Shown piece by piece: positions 20,352-30,299 of a stretch of 64,000 bases of DNA; within the stretch, counting starts at the first letter, position 1; every line of letters starts with the position of its first letter. The stretch spans positions 5,536,001-5,600,000 of the forward strand of contig OZ250169.1 in the NCBI GenBank assembly GCA_965237955.1. The letters are read 5' to 3'. The notes under the pieces are model-generated. The model was not told the origin of the DNA. It was given only the letters and a program-made list of their open reading frames with translations, and did no database searches. This DNA is from Candidatus Marinacidobacterales bacterium. Its GTDB lineage: Bacteria > Acidobacteriota > Vicinamibacteria > Marinacidobacterales > SMYC01. Made by a program: the position numbers and the translations under genes.

Positions 20352-22070
20352 GCCTCTCCTGCCATTTCAGTGGATCCTCTCGAGGGTGAGACCGCCACAG
20401 TTTAGGTAGACGAGACTGATGAGAGCTTCGGCAGAGTGGAGTCCAAAGCTGCGGTGGCTCAGCAGCCGGATTTTGTTGTTCATTCCTTCGAGTCGGCCGT
20501 TGCTGAGTCTCCACGTGACCCACGCGATGACGCCATCGAAGTGGCTGCGGATCATCTTCGCCGCGCGTTTGACGGGCTCTATCCTCGAGCTCATAGCGCG
20601 CCGCAGCCATCCTCGGAGAAACTTCTTGGCCCATGTCTCGGTTTTGTAGGTGTAGAGGTCCATGAAGTCGTCGCGCAGAAGCATGGCGCGGTAGAGGCGA
20701 CGATTAGCTCGCACCTGCTCGCGGAGCACCCGTTTGTCTTTCGCGCTGCGGTTGTGTTTGGCCTTGAGAAGGGGAAACTTGGTGTTCTTGAGGTTGCGCC
20801 GGGCAGTCCCTTTGAGCTCGCGCACCAGCTCGCGCCGGGTCTTATCCACGGCCTCGTTCAGATGCTTGACGATGTGGAAGCGGTCAAAGATCACCCGTGC
20901 CTGAGGAGCCTTTTTGCCGACGACAGTTATGTACGGCTCCCACATGTCCATGCTGACCGCTTCGAGCTCCGCGGCTCTTTGTGGTCCGAGCTTGCGGAAA
21001 AACCGCAGCAGCGTCTTGGCCTTGCGCTCCTTTCCCGCCCAGACGACCCGGCCGCTGAGATGGTCTATTACCACTGTTAAGTACTTGTGGCGTTTGCGGT
21101 AGCTGATCTCGTCCATCCCAATCACCCGCAATCCATCGAGCTCGCGCCGCTCATCCCGCTGCTCGGCAACCACTCGCTGGATGATCCGTCGCACCGAACG
21201 CCACGTCACTCGGAAATAGTTCGCTACGGCGCTGACGTCCGTCCTCTGTGCCAGCCACGCTACCTCTTGTTCGAAGCTTTTGGTAAAGCGGCTTCCCTTG
21301 TCGGCCCAAGGCACCTTTTCTCTGACCACTCCACACCGCCGACATACCACTCGTCGGATCGAGTAGCGAAGATAGGTCCGGACTCCGAACAGGTCCAAGT
21401 GCCGCCAGTAGCGATTGTAGCGATCTTTGTTCTTGCGGACCTTTCGTCCGCAAATCCCGCACAGAGGCTTCCTCCTCCGTGGTACTACATCCACCACCAC
21501 TCTGGCTTTGTCCGCCTGGAAGTGGAAACCTCGGACCCACAGGCCTTGCAATCCGATGAGCTTGTTGACTAACGTAGTAACGCGCATCGCGGGAACGCTC
21601 TTTTCTCTTTCGGAAAAAAAGATTCTAGCGTTCTCGCCGATGCGCATCTACACATGGCTTACCCTCTCAACCCACGGGCCTCACCAAATGCCACTGCCCC
21701 TCAGCGGGAGACGAGGCTGTGGGAAACGCCCCCACGGTTCTGGTCGTTCAGACCTTGCTCACGACTGAGTTCTCTTCGAAGCCTGGAAGGGCGTTTTCCA
21801 TAGCCTCCACTAATCGAGCCCCCCCTTCCTTATTCCATATGAATTAATCTTTCTTGTATATATATCAGGAGGGGCCTGTGGGCGCTCGTGGGAAACGCGA
21901 AGCGTTTTCCAAGCGATTGTGGAAAACGCCGCTCCACGTTTGTACGTGCTCACAACCTTTCCCTAAACGCCTCTCTCGCCCGGAGTTTCCGGCGTTTTCC
22001 ACAATCGCGGCAGCGTCCATAGGCCATGCCCTCCAACACAAATCAGATCCCCCGAAACGACAGGAGAACC
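20352..22070 (-). mobile_element. ISL3-family insertion sequence, intact, with ~480-bp structured leader
   Basis: IRs GCCTCTCCTGCCATTTCAGTGGATC and GGTTCTCCTGTCGTTTCGGGGGATC; ATTGTTAC duplicated at 20344-20351 and 22071-22078. Confidence 0.95.
20367..21587 (-). CDS. ISL3 transposase
   Basis: Zinc finger CGICG/CRRCG and motifs GMDEISYRK, SMDMWEPY, IFDRFHIV and LEGMNNKIR. Confidence 0.95.
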   Translation of the reverse strand: MRVTTLVNKLIGLQGLWVRGFHFQADKARVVVDVVPRRRKPLCGICGRKVRKNKDRYNRYWRHLDLFGVRTYLRYSIRRVVCRRCGVVREKVPWADKGSRFTKSFEQEVAWLAQRTDVSAVANYFRVTWRSVRRIIQRVVAEQRDERRELDGLRVIGMDEISYRKRHKYLTVVIDHLSGRVVWAGKERKAKTLLRFFRKLGPQRAAELEAVSMDMWEPYITVVGKKAPQARVIFDRFHIVKHLNEAVDKTRRELVRELKGTARRNLKNTKFPLLKAKHNRSAKDKRVLREQVRANRRLYRAMLLRDDFMDLYTYKTETWAKKFLRGWLRRAMSSRIEPVKRAAKMIRSHFDGVIAWVTWRLSNGRLEGMNNKIRLLSHRSFGLHSAEALISLVYLNCGGLTLERIH

Positions 22071-22479
22071 ATTGTTACAATGTCGCCCCTTTCCACGGAG
22101 CGTGACCATGCACAAGTTTTCGGCTTTGTTTCTTCTTACGGCGGCATTCACCGGATGGAACACGACCGAGGCGATGGGGGCGTCGCGGCAAGTCTGTGGA
22201 GCCCCGATGACGATCCTCACTTAGCGAAGCGCCGTCGGGAGGCAGCGCGCAACGCGCGGGTGAACGTGTTCGCGTCGTCGCCCAGCTCATCGACGCATCG
22301 ACGGATGAGTGGAAGGCTTTCGGGCACCCGATCACGCTCCTAACACGGCGGAGCCGCAACCAACTTCATCAGCCCACTCGTGAATCTTCTTGACCGCGTC
22401 TTTCTCTGCGCCGCCTTTGCTGGACCATGAACCTCTGGTCATGAATCCCTGCTTACCTGCGAACATTTGATCTGGTCCG

Positions 22480-22552
22480 ATGTCGAGACTGACTCCGCGG
22501 GCTGCTGAAATATTACTACCGGAACGCCGCATGAGTTTATTGACCCAACGGG
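22480..22552 (+). mobile_element. Scrap: extreme 3' end of an rve integrase-type IS
   Basis: Degenerate CR.RL.GLLKYYYRNAA* followed by a terminus-like GAGTTTATTGACCCAACGGG. Confidence 0.5.
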
Positions 22553-22703
22553 CAAACAGAGAACACAAACTTCGTCCCGTAGCTCCGGGAGACTCCTGCC
22601 TACTCGAAGAGAGAGAACCTCGTACAACTCAGCTTGGCCTGGTTGACGAGTCATCCGACCAGCGCCGATGGTAACATGGCGGTTCTGTCAGAGGAGCGCT
22701 GCC

Positions 22704-24734
22704 ATGAAAAAGCTAGCTATCGCTGTCTTGAGCGTAGCCTTGTGGCCTGCCGCCGGCCTTTCCGAAGTCGTCCGCCTGGATGTGGAACGACGAACGGACG
22801 TGGCCAATGGCCACGAGTTCGGCCTGGCCGGGGCCTATGAAAAGATCGTCGGAAGGGTTCATTTCGCCGTCGATCCAAAGCTGAGTCCAAATCAGATCAT
22901 CACCGACATCGGAAAGGCCCCGACGAACGATCGAGGACGTGTGGAGTGGTCGGCCGAGTACTTTCTTATCAAGCCGAAGGACGTCACTCGCGGCAACGGC
23001 TCCGTTCTTCTCGAAGTCGGCAATCGGGGCGGCAAGGGCGTGCTCGGTTTCTTCAACGGGGGTCAGAGGAGCACCGACCCGGTGACGGAAGAGCACTTCG
23101 GCGACGGCTTGTTGCAGCGTCACGGCTTCACGCTTCTCTGGGTGGGCTGGCAATGGGATACGCCGGAAGTCGAGGGGAGGATGCGGATGTATCCTCCCAT
23201 CGCCACCGATAACGGCAAACCCATTCGCGGGCTCGTACGCGCCGACTTCGTTCCCGGGGAGCAGGAGACCGATCACTCGTTGTCCGATCGGAACCACATC
23301 GTCTATCCCGTGGCCGATCCCGATGCAAAGGAGAACGTTCTCACCGTGCGCGACGGGGTCGAAGCAGAGCGAGAGCTCATCCCGCGCTCTAAGTGGAAGT
23401 TCGCCCGGGTGGAGAACGGTCAGGCGGTGTCCGATGCCACGCGGGTTTACCTCGGAGGCGGATTCCAGCCGCACAGAATCTATGAAGTCGTTTACGTATC
23501 CGAGAATCCGCCTCTCGTCGGTCTTGGCCCTGCCGCCATCCGCGACATGATTTCGCACTTGAAGTACGAATCCTCGGAGGCGCTCTCGATCCCCAAAGGA
23601 GCGATCGACCGGGCTCTCGCTTTCGGGATTTCTCAAAGCGGGCGGTTTCTGCGGACGTTCCTTTACTACGGTTTCAACGAGGACGAGTCCCATCGAAAGG
23701 TTTTCGACGGCGTCATCTCCCATGTGGCCGGCGGGGGGAGGGGAAGCTTCAACCACCGTTTCGCTCAAGCTTCACGCGACGCTCACCCGTTTCTCAACAT
23801 GTTTCACCCGACGGACATCTTCCCCTTCACCGACTTGGAGCAGATCGATTTTCAAACCGGGACGAGCGATGGGATTCTGGTGTACCAAAAGCCCGAGTTT
23901 CACCCGAAGGTTTTCTACACGAACTCCTCCTATGAATACTGGGGCCGGGCCGCGTCTCTCATCCACACTGCGATCGATGGCAGAGAGGATGCCCCGATGC
24001 TGGACACCACCCGCGTTTATCACTTCGCCGGAACCCAGCATGGCGCGGCGCCGTTTCCACCCAGGAGAACCATCGGACAACAAGCCAGCAATCCGATGGC
24101 CTATCACTGGTCGATGCGGGCGCTCCTCTTGGCCATGGATCGCTGGAGCGATGAGGGAACGGAGCCGCCAGAGAGCCAGTATGGTCTGATCGAGAAAGGT
24201 ACGCTCGTCACTCCTGAGAACCTTGACTTCCCGAAGATTCCTGGTGTCGAGAGGAGCACGCGGATTCACAAGGCCTTCCGGGCTGACTACGGGCCGAAGT
24301 TTCGAAGCGAAGGAATCGTCACCGAGCAACCGCCCGAGATCGGACGCGCCTATCCGATGATGGTCCCGGCGGTGAACGGGGATGGAAACGAGATTGTCGG
24401 GATTCAGATGCCCGAGCACTCGGTGCCTCTAGCGACTCATACTGGCTGGAACCTTTTCAACGCTGACGCCGGGCCACCCCACGAGCTCTCCAGCATGCAG
24501 GGCTCTTACATTCCGTTTCCAAGAACCGAGGCGGAGCGGAAGGCGAAGGACGATCCACGGCCCTCCATCGAAGAGCGCTACCACAACCGCGAGCACTATC
24601 TCGGTCTCGTAGCGAACGCTGCCGTTGATCTGGTCGATCAAGGTTACTTGCTTGCCGAAGATGTTCCGGTCATTCTCCGCCAAGCGCGCCGACACTGGGA
24701 CCACTTAATGGCGGGCGGCTCCTCCGATGAGTGA
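22704..24734 (+). CDS. Secreted alpha/beta-hydrolase domain protein
   Basis: Signal peptide; GISQSG nucleophile elbow; EYWGR and FAGTQH motifs. Confidence 0.85.
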   Translation: MKKLAIAVLSVALWPAAGLSEVVRLDVERRTDVANGHEFGLAGAYEKIVGRVHFAVDPKLSPNQIITDIGKAPTNDRGRVEWSAEYFLIKPKDVTRGNGSVLLEVGNRGGKGVLGFFNGGQRSTDPVTEEHFGDGLLQRHGFTLLWVGWQWDTPEVEGRMRMYPPIATDNGKPIRGLVRADFVPGEQETDHSLSDRNHIVYPVADPDAKENVLTVRDGVEAERELIPRSKWKFARVENGQAVSDATRVYLGGGFQPHRIYEVVYVSENPPLVGLGPAAIRDMISHLKYESSEALSIPKGAIDRALAFGISQSGRFLRTFLYYGFNEDESHRKVFDGVISHVAGGGRGSFNHRFAQASRDAHPFLNMFHPTDIFPFTDLEQIDFQTGTSDGILVYQKPEFHPKVFYTNSSYEYWGRAASLIHTAIDGREDAPMLDTTRVYHFAGTQHGAAPFPPRRTIGQQASNPMAYHWSMRALLLAMDRWSDEGTEPPESQYGLIEKGTLVTPENLDFPKIPGVERSTRIHKAFRADYGPKFRSEGIVTEQPPEIGRAYPMMVPAVNGDGNEIVGIQMPEHSVPLATHTGWNLFNADAGPPHELSSMQGSYIPFPRTEAERKAKDDPRPSIEERYHNREHYLGLVANAAVDLVDQGYLLAEDVPVILRQARRHWDHLMAGGSSDE

Positions 24735-24831
24735 GGATCCGAGAATCAAAGCTTACCCCCAGAGCAACGCTTTGCTCTGGACTCGGCTCCAGAGACCCTA
24801 GTTCCTAGCACGCATGAGCCGACACCTCTTT

Positions 24832-25318
24832 CGGCCGCCATCGCCGTCGCCAACACACTCGCCCCGATCGTCTGGGCCGTCTCTACCCGCGAGGTGGAGT
24901 TTCGTTCCGTGCGTCTAGCCGCTCAGAGGTTCTACTCTCGTGTTTTCTTTTTTCCCTTCCGACCGAGGCTGCGACGATACCCATCCTTCTGATGGCGTAC
25001 CGCGCGGGGGCAAGCTGATAACTTTCGTGGGCGTAGTGTGAACTCGGCCGAAGCAAATGCCGAGTGTTGGCACACAGGTGGCGTGAAGACCGTCAAGCTG
25101 CCGGCGAGGAGTCCGAATCTGAAGGATATAAAAGAGCGCCTGTCTGCCATCGGGAGGGACAAAGTCTCACGGTGAGTCCAGGAAGCGGTCGGAGGCCGAG
25201 CCGATTCTCGTGCCGACAGTATGCTCGGGGCCCATCACGTCGCACGATCCCTGGATTGGAATCTACGCGCTCCTGACGCGAAGAGACCGGGCGACGGCGC
25301 ACGGAGGGGGCGCCCAGT
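24832..25318 (+). mobile_element. Fused scraps of IS110/IS1111 (C-terminus plus noncoding end) and rve integrase
   Basis: AAIAVANTLAPIVWAV resembles the IS110 C-terminal AxANKLARIxWA; GVKTVKLPARSPNL at ~25080-25122 resembles an rve integrase core. Confidence 0.55.
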
Positions 25319-25355
25319 TTCGCGTCTTTCGCGTGCTCCCACTGACTTATTGCAT

Positions 25356-25487
25356 CTAGTCCCCTGTATCAGAAAAAAATAGACAAAGTAGAGCTTGCCG
25401 AAACCCTTCTAAGTGCATGAAGCTTATGAATCTTATGGGCTGGCGAAAAGCCTAACTTTGTATAGTAATCAAAGATCCAGGGGACTA
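25356..25487. mobile_element. Putative MITE with CTAG-bounded ends
   Basis: CTAGTCCCCTGTATC ... GATCCAGGGACTAG around an AT-rich interior; the ends match those of 51996-52161. Confidence 0.6.
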
Positions 25488-25579
25488 GCGTTGATTGCCC
25501 GACCCTTCGTTCAACACACCGTGCGCGGTTTGTCCCGGTTTCCAGAAGCTGATAAAAGATTCTCCAGGAGGACGCTGTC

Positions 25580-26414
25580 ATGGCTTTGAAACTCTTTGCT
25601 CTTGCGTTAGCGGGGATGCTCGTCGTCCCCGTGGCTATGGCTGATGATGAAGACGTGGGCGCTATCGAGATTGCGTCGGAGCCCGAGGGGGCCTCGGTCT
25701 ATATCGAGGGCATTCTCGCGGGAACTACGCCCATGACCGCGGAGAACTTGCCGGAGGGCAAGTATCGCATCGTGTTCAAGAGTCCCTCCGATGGTGGTGA
25801 CTTCGTTCAAGATGTCGCAGTGACGAAGCAGCAAACGACGAGAGTGACCGCGACGCTCGCGAGCAGTGGCTGGCGCTCACCGGTCCGGGAAGAGGACGAC
25901 TGGAGCGCGGTCGTGGGTAAGGATTCAAGAAAGCCCTACGAGAAGGCGAAAAGCACGAAGAAGCTTGGGGAGTATGAAGTTCTCGAGATCGCGAATTTTC
26001 TCGTCAAAAGCGAGGAGCCCCTGGAGCCAGCACGCTCCTACGCCATCTTCCGCGATCTCGCGCGCCAGCTCGATGACAAGACGAAATTCGCATCGTTCGT
26101 CACCAACTACACACCCGGAGTCTCCGAGCGCTGGATCGAGGCCGATGGCAAGGATGCCCCGACCCTCGTTCTTTCCGGCGTCATCACCGAGTATCAAGGG
26201 GGGAGCCAGGCGAAGCGCTACCTCGTAGGCTTCGGCGCCGGCAAGACCCGCGCCTACTGCTTGTTCCGACTCGTCGACAAGGCTACCGGCGAGGTCGTCT
26301 TCGAGCGAATGGAGAATGGGTCCGTCTCCATGGGAATGTTCGGAGGATCCAGCTCCGGTGCGATGAAAGAGATTGGAGAGGACATCGCCAAAAGCGATCC
26401 GTAAGAACTGGTAG
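25580..26414 (+). CDS. Secreted PEGA + DUF4410-like protein
   Basis: PEGA pattern IASEPEGASVYIEG...GTTP; GSQAKRYLVGFGAG; an extra A near 26390 shifts the last residues (AIRKNW*). Confidence 0.8.
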
Positions 26415-26559
26415 CGCACGGCTTCCTTGACCAGGGCATCGCGGCGAGGTAGGGCAGGTTCAATACATTATGTCTAAGTTTCTACCCGATCGCGGCGACT
26501 TGCAGCTCGGGTTGACCCATCTTAGAATCGTCCGACATCGCTTGACCAAGGGGGTCATC

Positions 26560-29169
26560 ATGAACGTGCCTGGTCGCAAAGCGCTACTGACGGGTCTCTC
26601 CGTTCTCACGTTCTCGTCTCTCACACTAGCCCATTGGGGTGTTCCCGAGCTTCCGCGCGGACCGCTTGAGCGCATGTACCCGGCGGCACGCCACGGCGGG
26701 AACTACATGCACAACTACTACTTTCCGCCCGCGCCGAGCTCGACGCCGTGGGCGCCGGCGTGGTCGCCCGATGGACGCTACGTTGCGGTCTCCATGGCCG
26801 GTTCGATCTGGCGCGTGGATCTGGACACCGGCAAGGCCGAAGAGCTCACTTACAACAGTAAGTACCACTCTTCACCGGATTGGTCCCCGGACGGCAACTG
26901 GATCGTCTACACCGCTGACGACGGCGGCAAGACCATCCAGCTCGAGATTTTCAACGTTGCCACCGGCGAATCGCGTGCGCTGACCGATGACGAGTACATC
27001 TACGCGGATCCGATGTTCTCGCCGGACGGCAAGACCCTCGCTTACGTGTCGACGAAGCCAAACGGCTACTTCAACGTCCACACTCGCGACGTCCAAAACG
27101 GCGAGTGGGCGGGTGACGAAGTCGCGATCACCGAGGACAACCAATACCTGCGAGACCGACTGTACTTCGGCGAGTGGGACATGCACATCACGCCGGAGTG
27201 GACACGTGACGGGAAGCAACTTCTCATCGTGTCCAACCGGGGCGTTCCGCTGGGCTCGGGGAACATTTGGCGCGCGTCCGCGTCCGCGAACGCGATGGAA
27301 GAGGCCGAAGCCGTGCTCGAAGAACAGTCGCTCTACCGGGCAAGGCCGGATGTATCGATCGACGGCAAGCGTTTCGTCTACTCCTCGACCGGCGGGTCTT
27401 CGGATCAGTACGCGAACCTCTACGTTCTTCCCGTGGCCGGCGGCGAGCCCTACAAGCTGACATTCTACGAGCACGACGCTTTCCACCCGCGGTGGTCTCC
27501 CGACGGAGAGTGGATCGCTTACATCTCGAACGAAGGAGGCCTCCCGCAGCTCGAAATTCTCGAGACCTACGGCGGCAAGCGCAAGAAAGTCCGCATCACC
27601 GATCGCCGGTGGAAACGACCCATGGGGATCGTGTCGGTGCGCGTCGTGGACGCATCGCGGGAGGAGTCGACACACGCGCGCATTCACCTCACCGCATCGG
27701 ACGGGAAGTTCTACTGCCCGCTCGAGACGTTCGCGCGCTTTACCCAAGGCGGGAACGATCACATCTTTCACTCCACCGGGGCGTTCCGTCTAGAGGTTCC
27801 GGCGGGCACGTTGAGTTTCATGGCGGTCAAAGGTTTCGAGTTCTGGCCGACAGAACTGGAAGTCGAGATCCGCGCCGATGAAGTGACACAAGTTGAGCTC
27901 AGGCTCGAGCGCATGACCGACATGGCCGCCAAGGGTTGGTACAGCGGCTCGACCCACATGCACATGAACTACGGTGGGAATCTACACAACACGCTCGAAA
28001 ACCTCATGCTCATGTCGGCTGCGGAAGATCAGGACGTCGTTAACGAGCTCATCGCCAACAAGGACAATCGTATTCTCGACTATCAGTACTTCATTCCCGG
28101 TGGCGGTGCCCATCCTCTATCGACGCCGGATCGCTTGCTCATGGTGGGTCAGGAGTACCGCCCGCCCTTCTACGGGCACGTGACCCTGATCGGGCTTCGC
28201 GATCATCTTCTCTCGCCGTGGGCGACCGGTTATGAAGGGACCGCGGTCGAAAGCCTGTACCCGAGCAACACCGACATGTTGCGCAAAGCCAAGGCGCAGC
28301 ACGCGACCACGGGCTACGCGCACGCGTTTGCTGGTGAAGAAGATCCGATCGATCGTGGGCTCGGCGTCGCCCGGGGATTCATGGTGGACGCCGCCTTCGG
28401 TACCACCGACGGCGTGGAGTGGTCGTTCTCGGGACGAGCCGCTTTCCACCCGTGGTATGCCGTTTTGAACAATGGTCTGCGAGTGACGGCAACGGGCGGA
28501 GACGATGCGATGAGCGATCTCCACGTGAGCAAAATGCCCGGCTCCGCGCGTACGTATGTCTATACGGGCGGCGCCGGCCTCGATCCCGAAGCGTGGAAGC
28601 GCGGCTTGCGCGAAGGCCGTGCGTTCGTCAGCACCGGGCCGCTCGTGGAATTGACCGTCGACGGAAGAATGCCGGGCGAAGAAGTGACGCTTCCAACGTC
28701 AGGCGGTGACGTCGAGATCCACGTTCGCATCCGCTCGATCACGCCGGTTTCCAACGTGATGCTGATCCGGAACGCGGAGTTCGTCGAAGAGATCCCGCTG
28801 CCCGAGAACCGGAAGAGCATCGACTACACCACGAAAGTCAAGGTGAGCCGAAGCGGGTGGTTTCACGTACGCGCGGAAGGCGTGCGCGAGGAGAGCTATC
28901 CCCTCGACACCGGCTTCGCTCAGGGATTCACGAACCCCGTCTGGGTCACGGTGGGTGGGCAGCCCGTCCGCAACCTCGAAGCGGCAGAGTACGCAATCGA
29001 ATGGATTGACAAGCTAACGGCTATGGCCGAAGCAGCGCCAGGGTGGCGCTCCCAGTGGGAGAAGGATCACGTCTTCGCGCAGTTTCAGGAAGCGCGGGCG
29101 ATGTACGAGCGTTTTGCTCGCGAGGCGAGAGGCTCCGAGCCAACGGCCGACTCTGGGAGCCCTGACTGA
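26560..29169 (+). CDS. CehA/McbA-family metallohydrolase with PD40/TolB-like propeller
   Basis: Repeated PxWSPDG; WYSGSTHMH, GQEY, YAH and GGDD motifs. Confidence 0.85.
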   Translation: MNVPGRKALLTGLSVLTFSSLTLAHWGVPELPRGPLERMYPAARHGGNYMHNYYFPPAPSSTPWAPAWSPDGRYVAVSMAGSIWRVDLDTGKAEELTYNSKYHSSPDWSPDGNWIVYTADDGGKTIQLEIFNVATGESRALTDDEYIYADPMFSPDGKTLAYVSTKPNGYFNVHTRDVQNGEWAGDEVAITEDNQYLRDRLYFGEWDMHITPEWTRDGKQLLIVSNRGVPLGSGNIWRASASANAMEEAEAVLEEQSLYRARPDVSIDGKRFVYSSTGGSSDQYANLYVLPVAGGEPYKLTFYEHDAFHPRWSPDGEWIAYISNEGGLPQLEILETYGGKRKKVRITDRRWKRPMGIVSVRVVDASREESTHARIHLTASDGKFYCPLETFARFTQGGNDHIFHSTGAFRLEVPAGTLSFMAVKGFEFWPTELEVEIRADEVTQVELRLERMTDMAAKGWYSGSTHMHMNYGGNLHNTLENLMLMSAAEDQDVVNELIANKDNRILDYQYFIPGGGAHPLSTPDRLLMVGQEYRPPFYGHVTLIGLRDHLLSPWATGYEGTAVESLYPSNTDMLRKAKAQHATTGYAHAFAGEEDPIDRGLGVARGFMVDAAFGTTDGVEWSFSGRAAFHPWYAVLNNGLRVTATGGDDAMSDLHVSKMPGSARTYVYTGGAGLDPEAWKRGLREGRAFVSTGPLVELTVDGRMPGEEVTLPTSGGDVEIHVRIRSITPVSNVMLIRNAEFVEEIPLPENRKSIDYTTKVKVSRSGWFHVRAEGVREESYPLDTGFAQGFTNPVWVTVGGQPVRNLEAAEYAIEWIDKLTAMAEAAPGWRSQWEKDHVFAQFQEARAMYERFAREARGSEPTADSGSPD

Positions 29170-29330
29170 ACTCGACCTAGGGTCAACATCCCTCACGATA
29201 AGGTGTGATTGAGTTGCTTTTTCTATTATTTACATTTTTCCACCAATATTGTTCACATATATCCTAAATAAGAATCATAAATCGTTAATAAATAACTCAT
29301 TATATGTATGTTTGACGCTTCGCATATCAC

Positions 29331-29364
29331 TTGACATATATGGGCATCTGGGCACCATATGGGC
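29331..29364 (+). promoter_or_regulatory. Candidate sigma70 promoter with ATATGGGC direct repeats upstream of the sugar locus
   Basis: Perfect TTGACA at 29331 and weak -10 CACCAT; ATATGGGC at 29338 and 29357; strongly AT-rich 29220-29330. Confidence 0.4.
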
Positions 29365-29404
29365 TCGTCAGAGGGAGGATTCGGCCGCTGGGCCGATCTG
29401 AAGG

Positions 29405-30295
29405 ATGAGCTCCGAATCGCCAATCGTGGTCGGCCTAGGTGAACTGCTGTGGGATCTGTTGCCCGGCGGCAGGCGGCTGGGCGGCGCCCCCGCAAATTTC
29501 GCACATCACGCCCATCAACTGGGGATGGAAGGTTGGGTCTGCAGCGCCGTCGGCACCGATGCGGCTGGAGACGAGTTGGTTGAGGAAATGGAACGCATCG
29601 GCCTTCGAGGTTGTCTTGAGCGACTCGATTTACCGACGGGTCAGGTCGATGTGGAACTCGACGGAGACGGGCAGCCGGCCTATCGCATTCGGGAAGGGGT
29701 GGCGTGGGATCGCGTTCCGTTCTCAGATCGTGTCGCGGACCTGGCGTCCCGAGCCGACGCGGTCTGCTTTGGGACGCTTGGGCAACGCGACCCGGTGGCG
29801 CGACGCACCGTTGGTCGATTTCTCGGCGGCTTGCCGAGCCATTGCCTGAAGATCTTCGACGTCAATCTGCGCCAGGGCTACTGGGACGTCGACGTCCTGG
29901 GCGATTCGTCCCACGCCGCGGATCTGCTGAAGGTCAATGACCAGGAATGGGCCGTCTTTGCCGAGGCGTTCGACCTCGCCGAGTCTCATCGTGAAGCGGC
30001 CACTGAACTCTGTCAGCGGTTCGGTTTGCAATGGATCGTCCTAACGCGCGGCGGAGCCGGAAGTCGTCTGTTTTCCCCCAACGGTCAGTGGAGCGTCGAC
30101 GCGACACCGGTGGGTGTGGTCGACACGGTCGGCGCCGGTGATTCGTTCACCGCTGCGGTCGTCGCCGGCTTGCTTCGCGGCCGATCGGCGCACGAAACCC
30201 TGGAGCACGCGACGCGCGTCGCGGCGTATGTCTGTAGCCAGTCCGGCGCCACGCCGTCTCTGCCGGTTGAACTGATTTCATCGAACGCACCGTAA
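29405..30295 (+). CDS. PfkB-family carbohydrate kinase (fructokinase-like)
   Basis: GGAPANFA and VDTVGAGDSF signatures. Confidence 0.92.
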   Translation: MSSESPIVVGLGELLWDLLPGGRRLGGAPANFAHHAHQLGMEGWVCSAVGTDAAGDELVEEMERIGLRGCLERLDLPTGQVDVELDGDGQPAYRIREGVAWDRVPFSDRVADLASRADAVCFGTLGQRDPVARRTVGRFLGGLPSHCLKIFDVNLRQGYWDVDVLGDSSHAADLLKVNDQEWAVFAEAFDLAESHREAATELCQRFGLQWIVLTRGGAGSRLFSPNGQWSVDATPVGVVDTVGAGDSFTAAVVAGLLRGRSAHETLEHATRVAAYVCSQSGATPSLPVELISSNAP

Positions 30296-30299
30296 ACAC

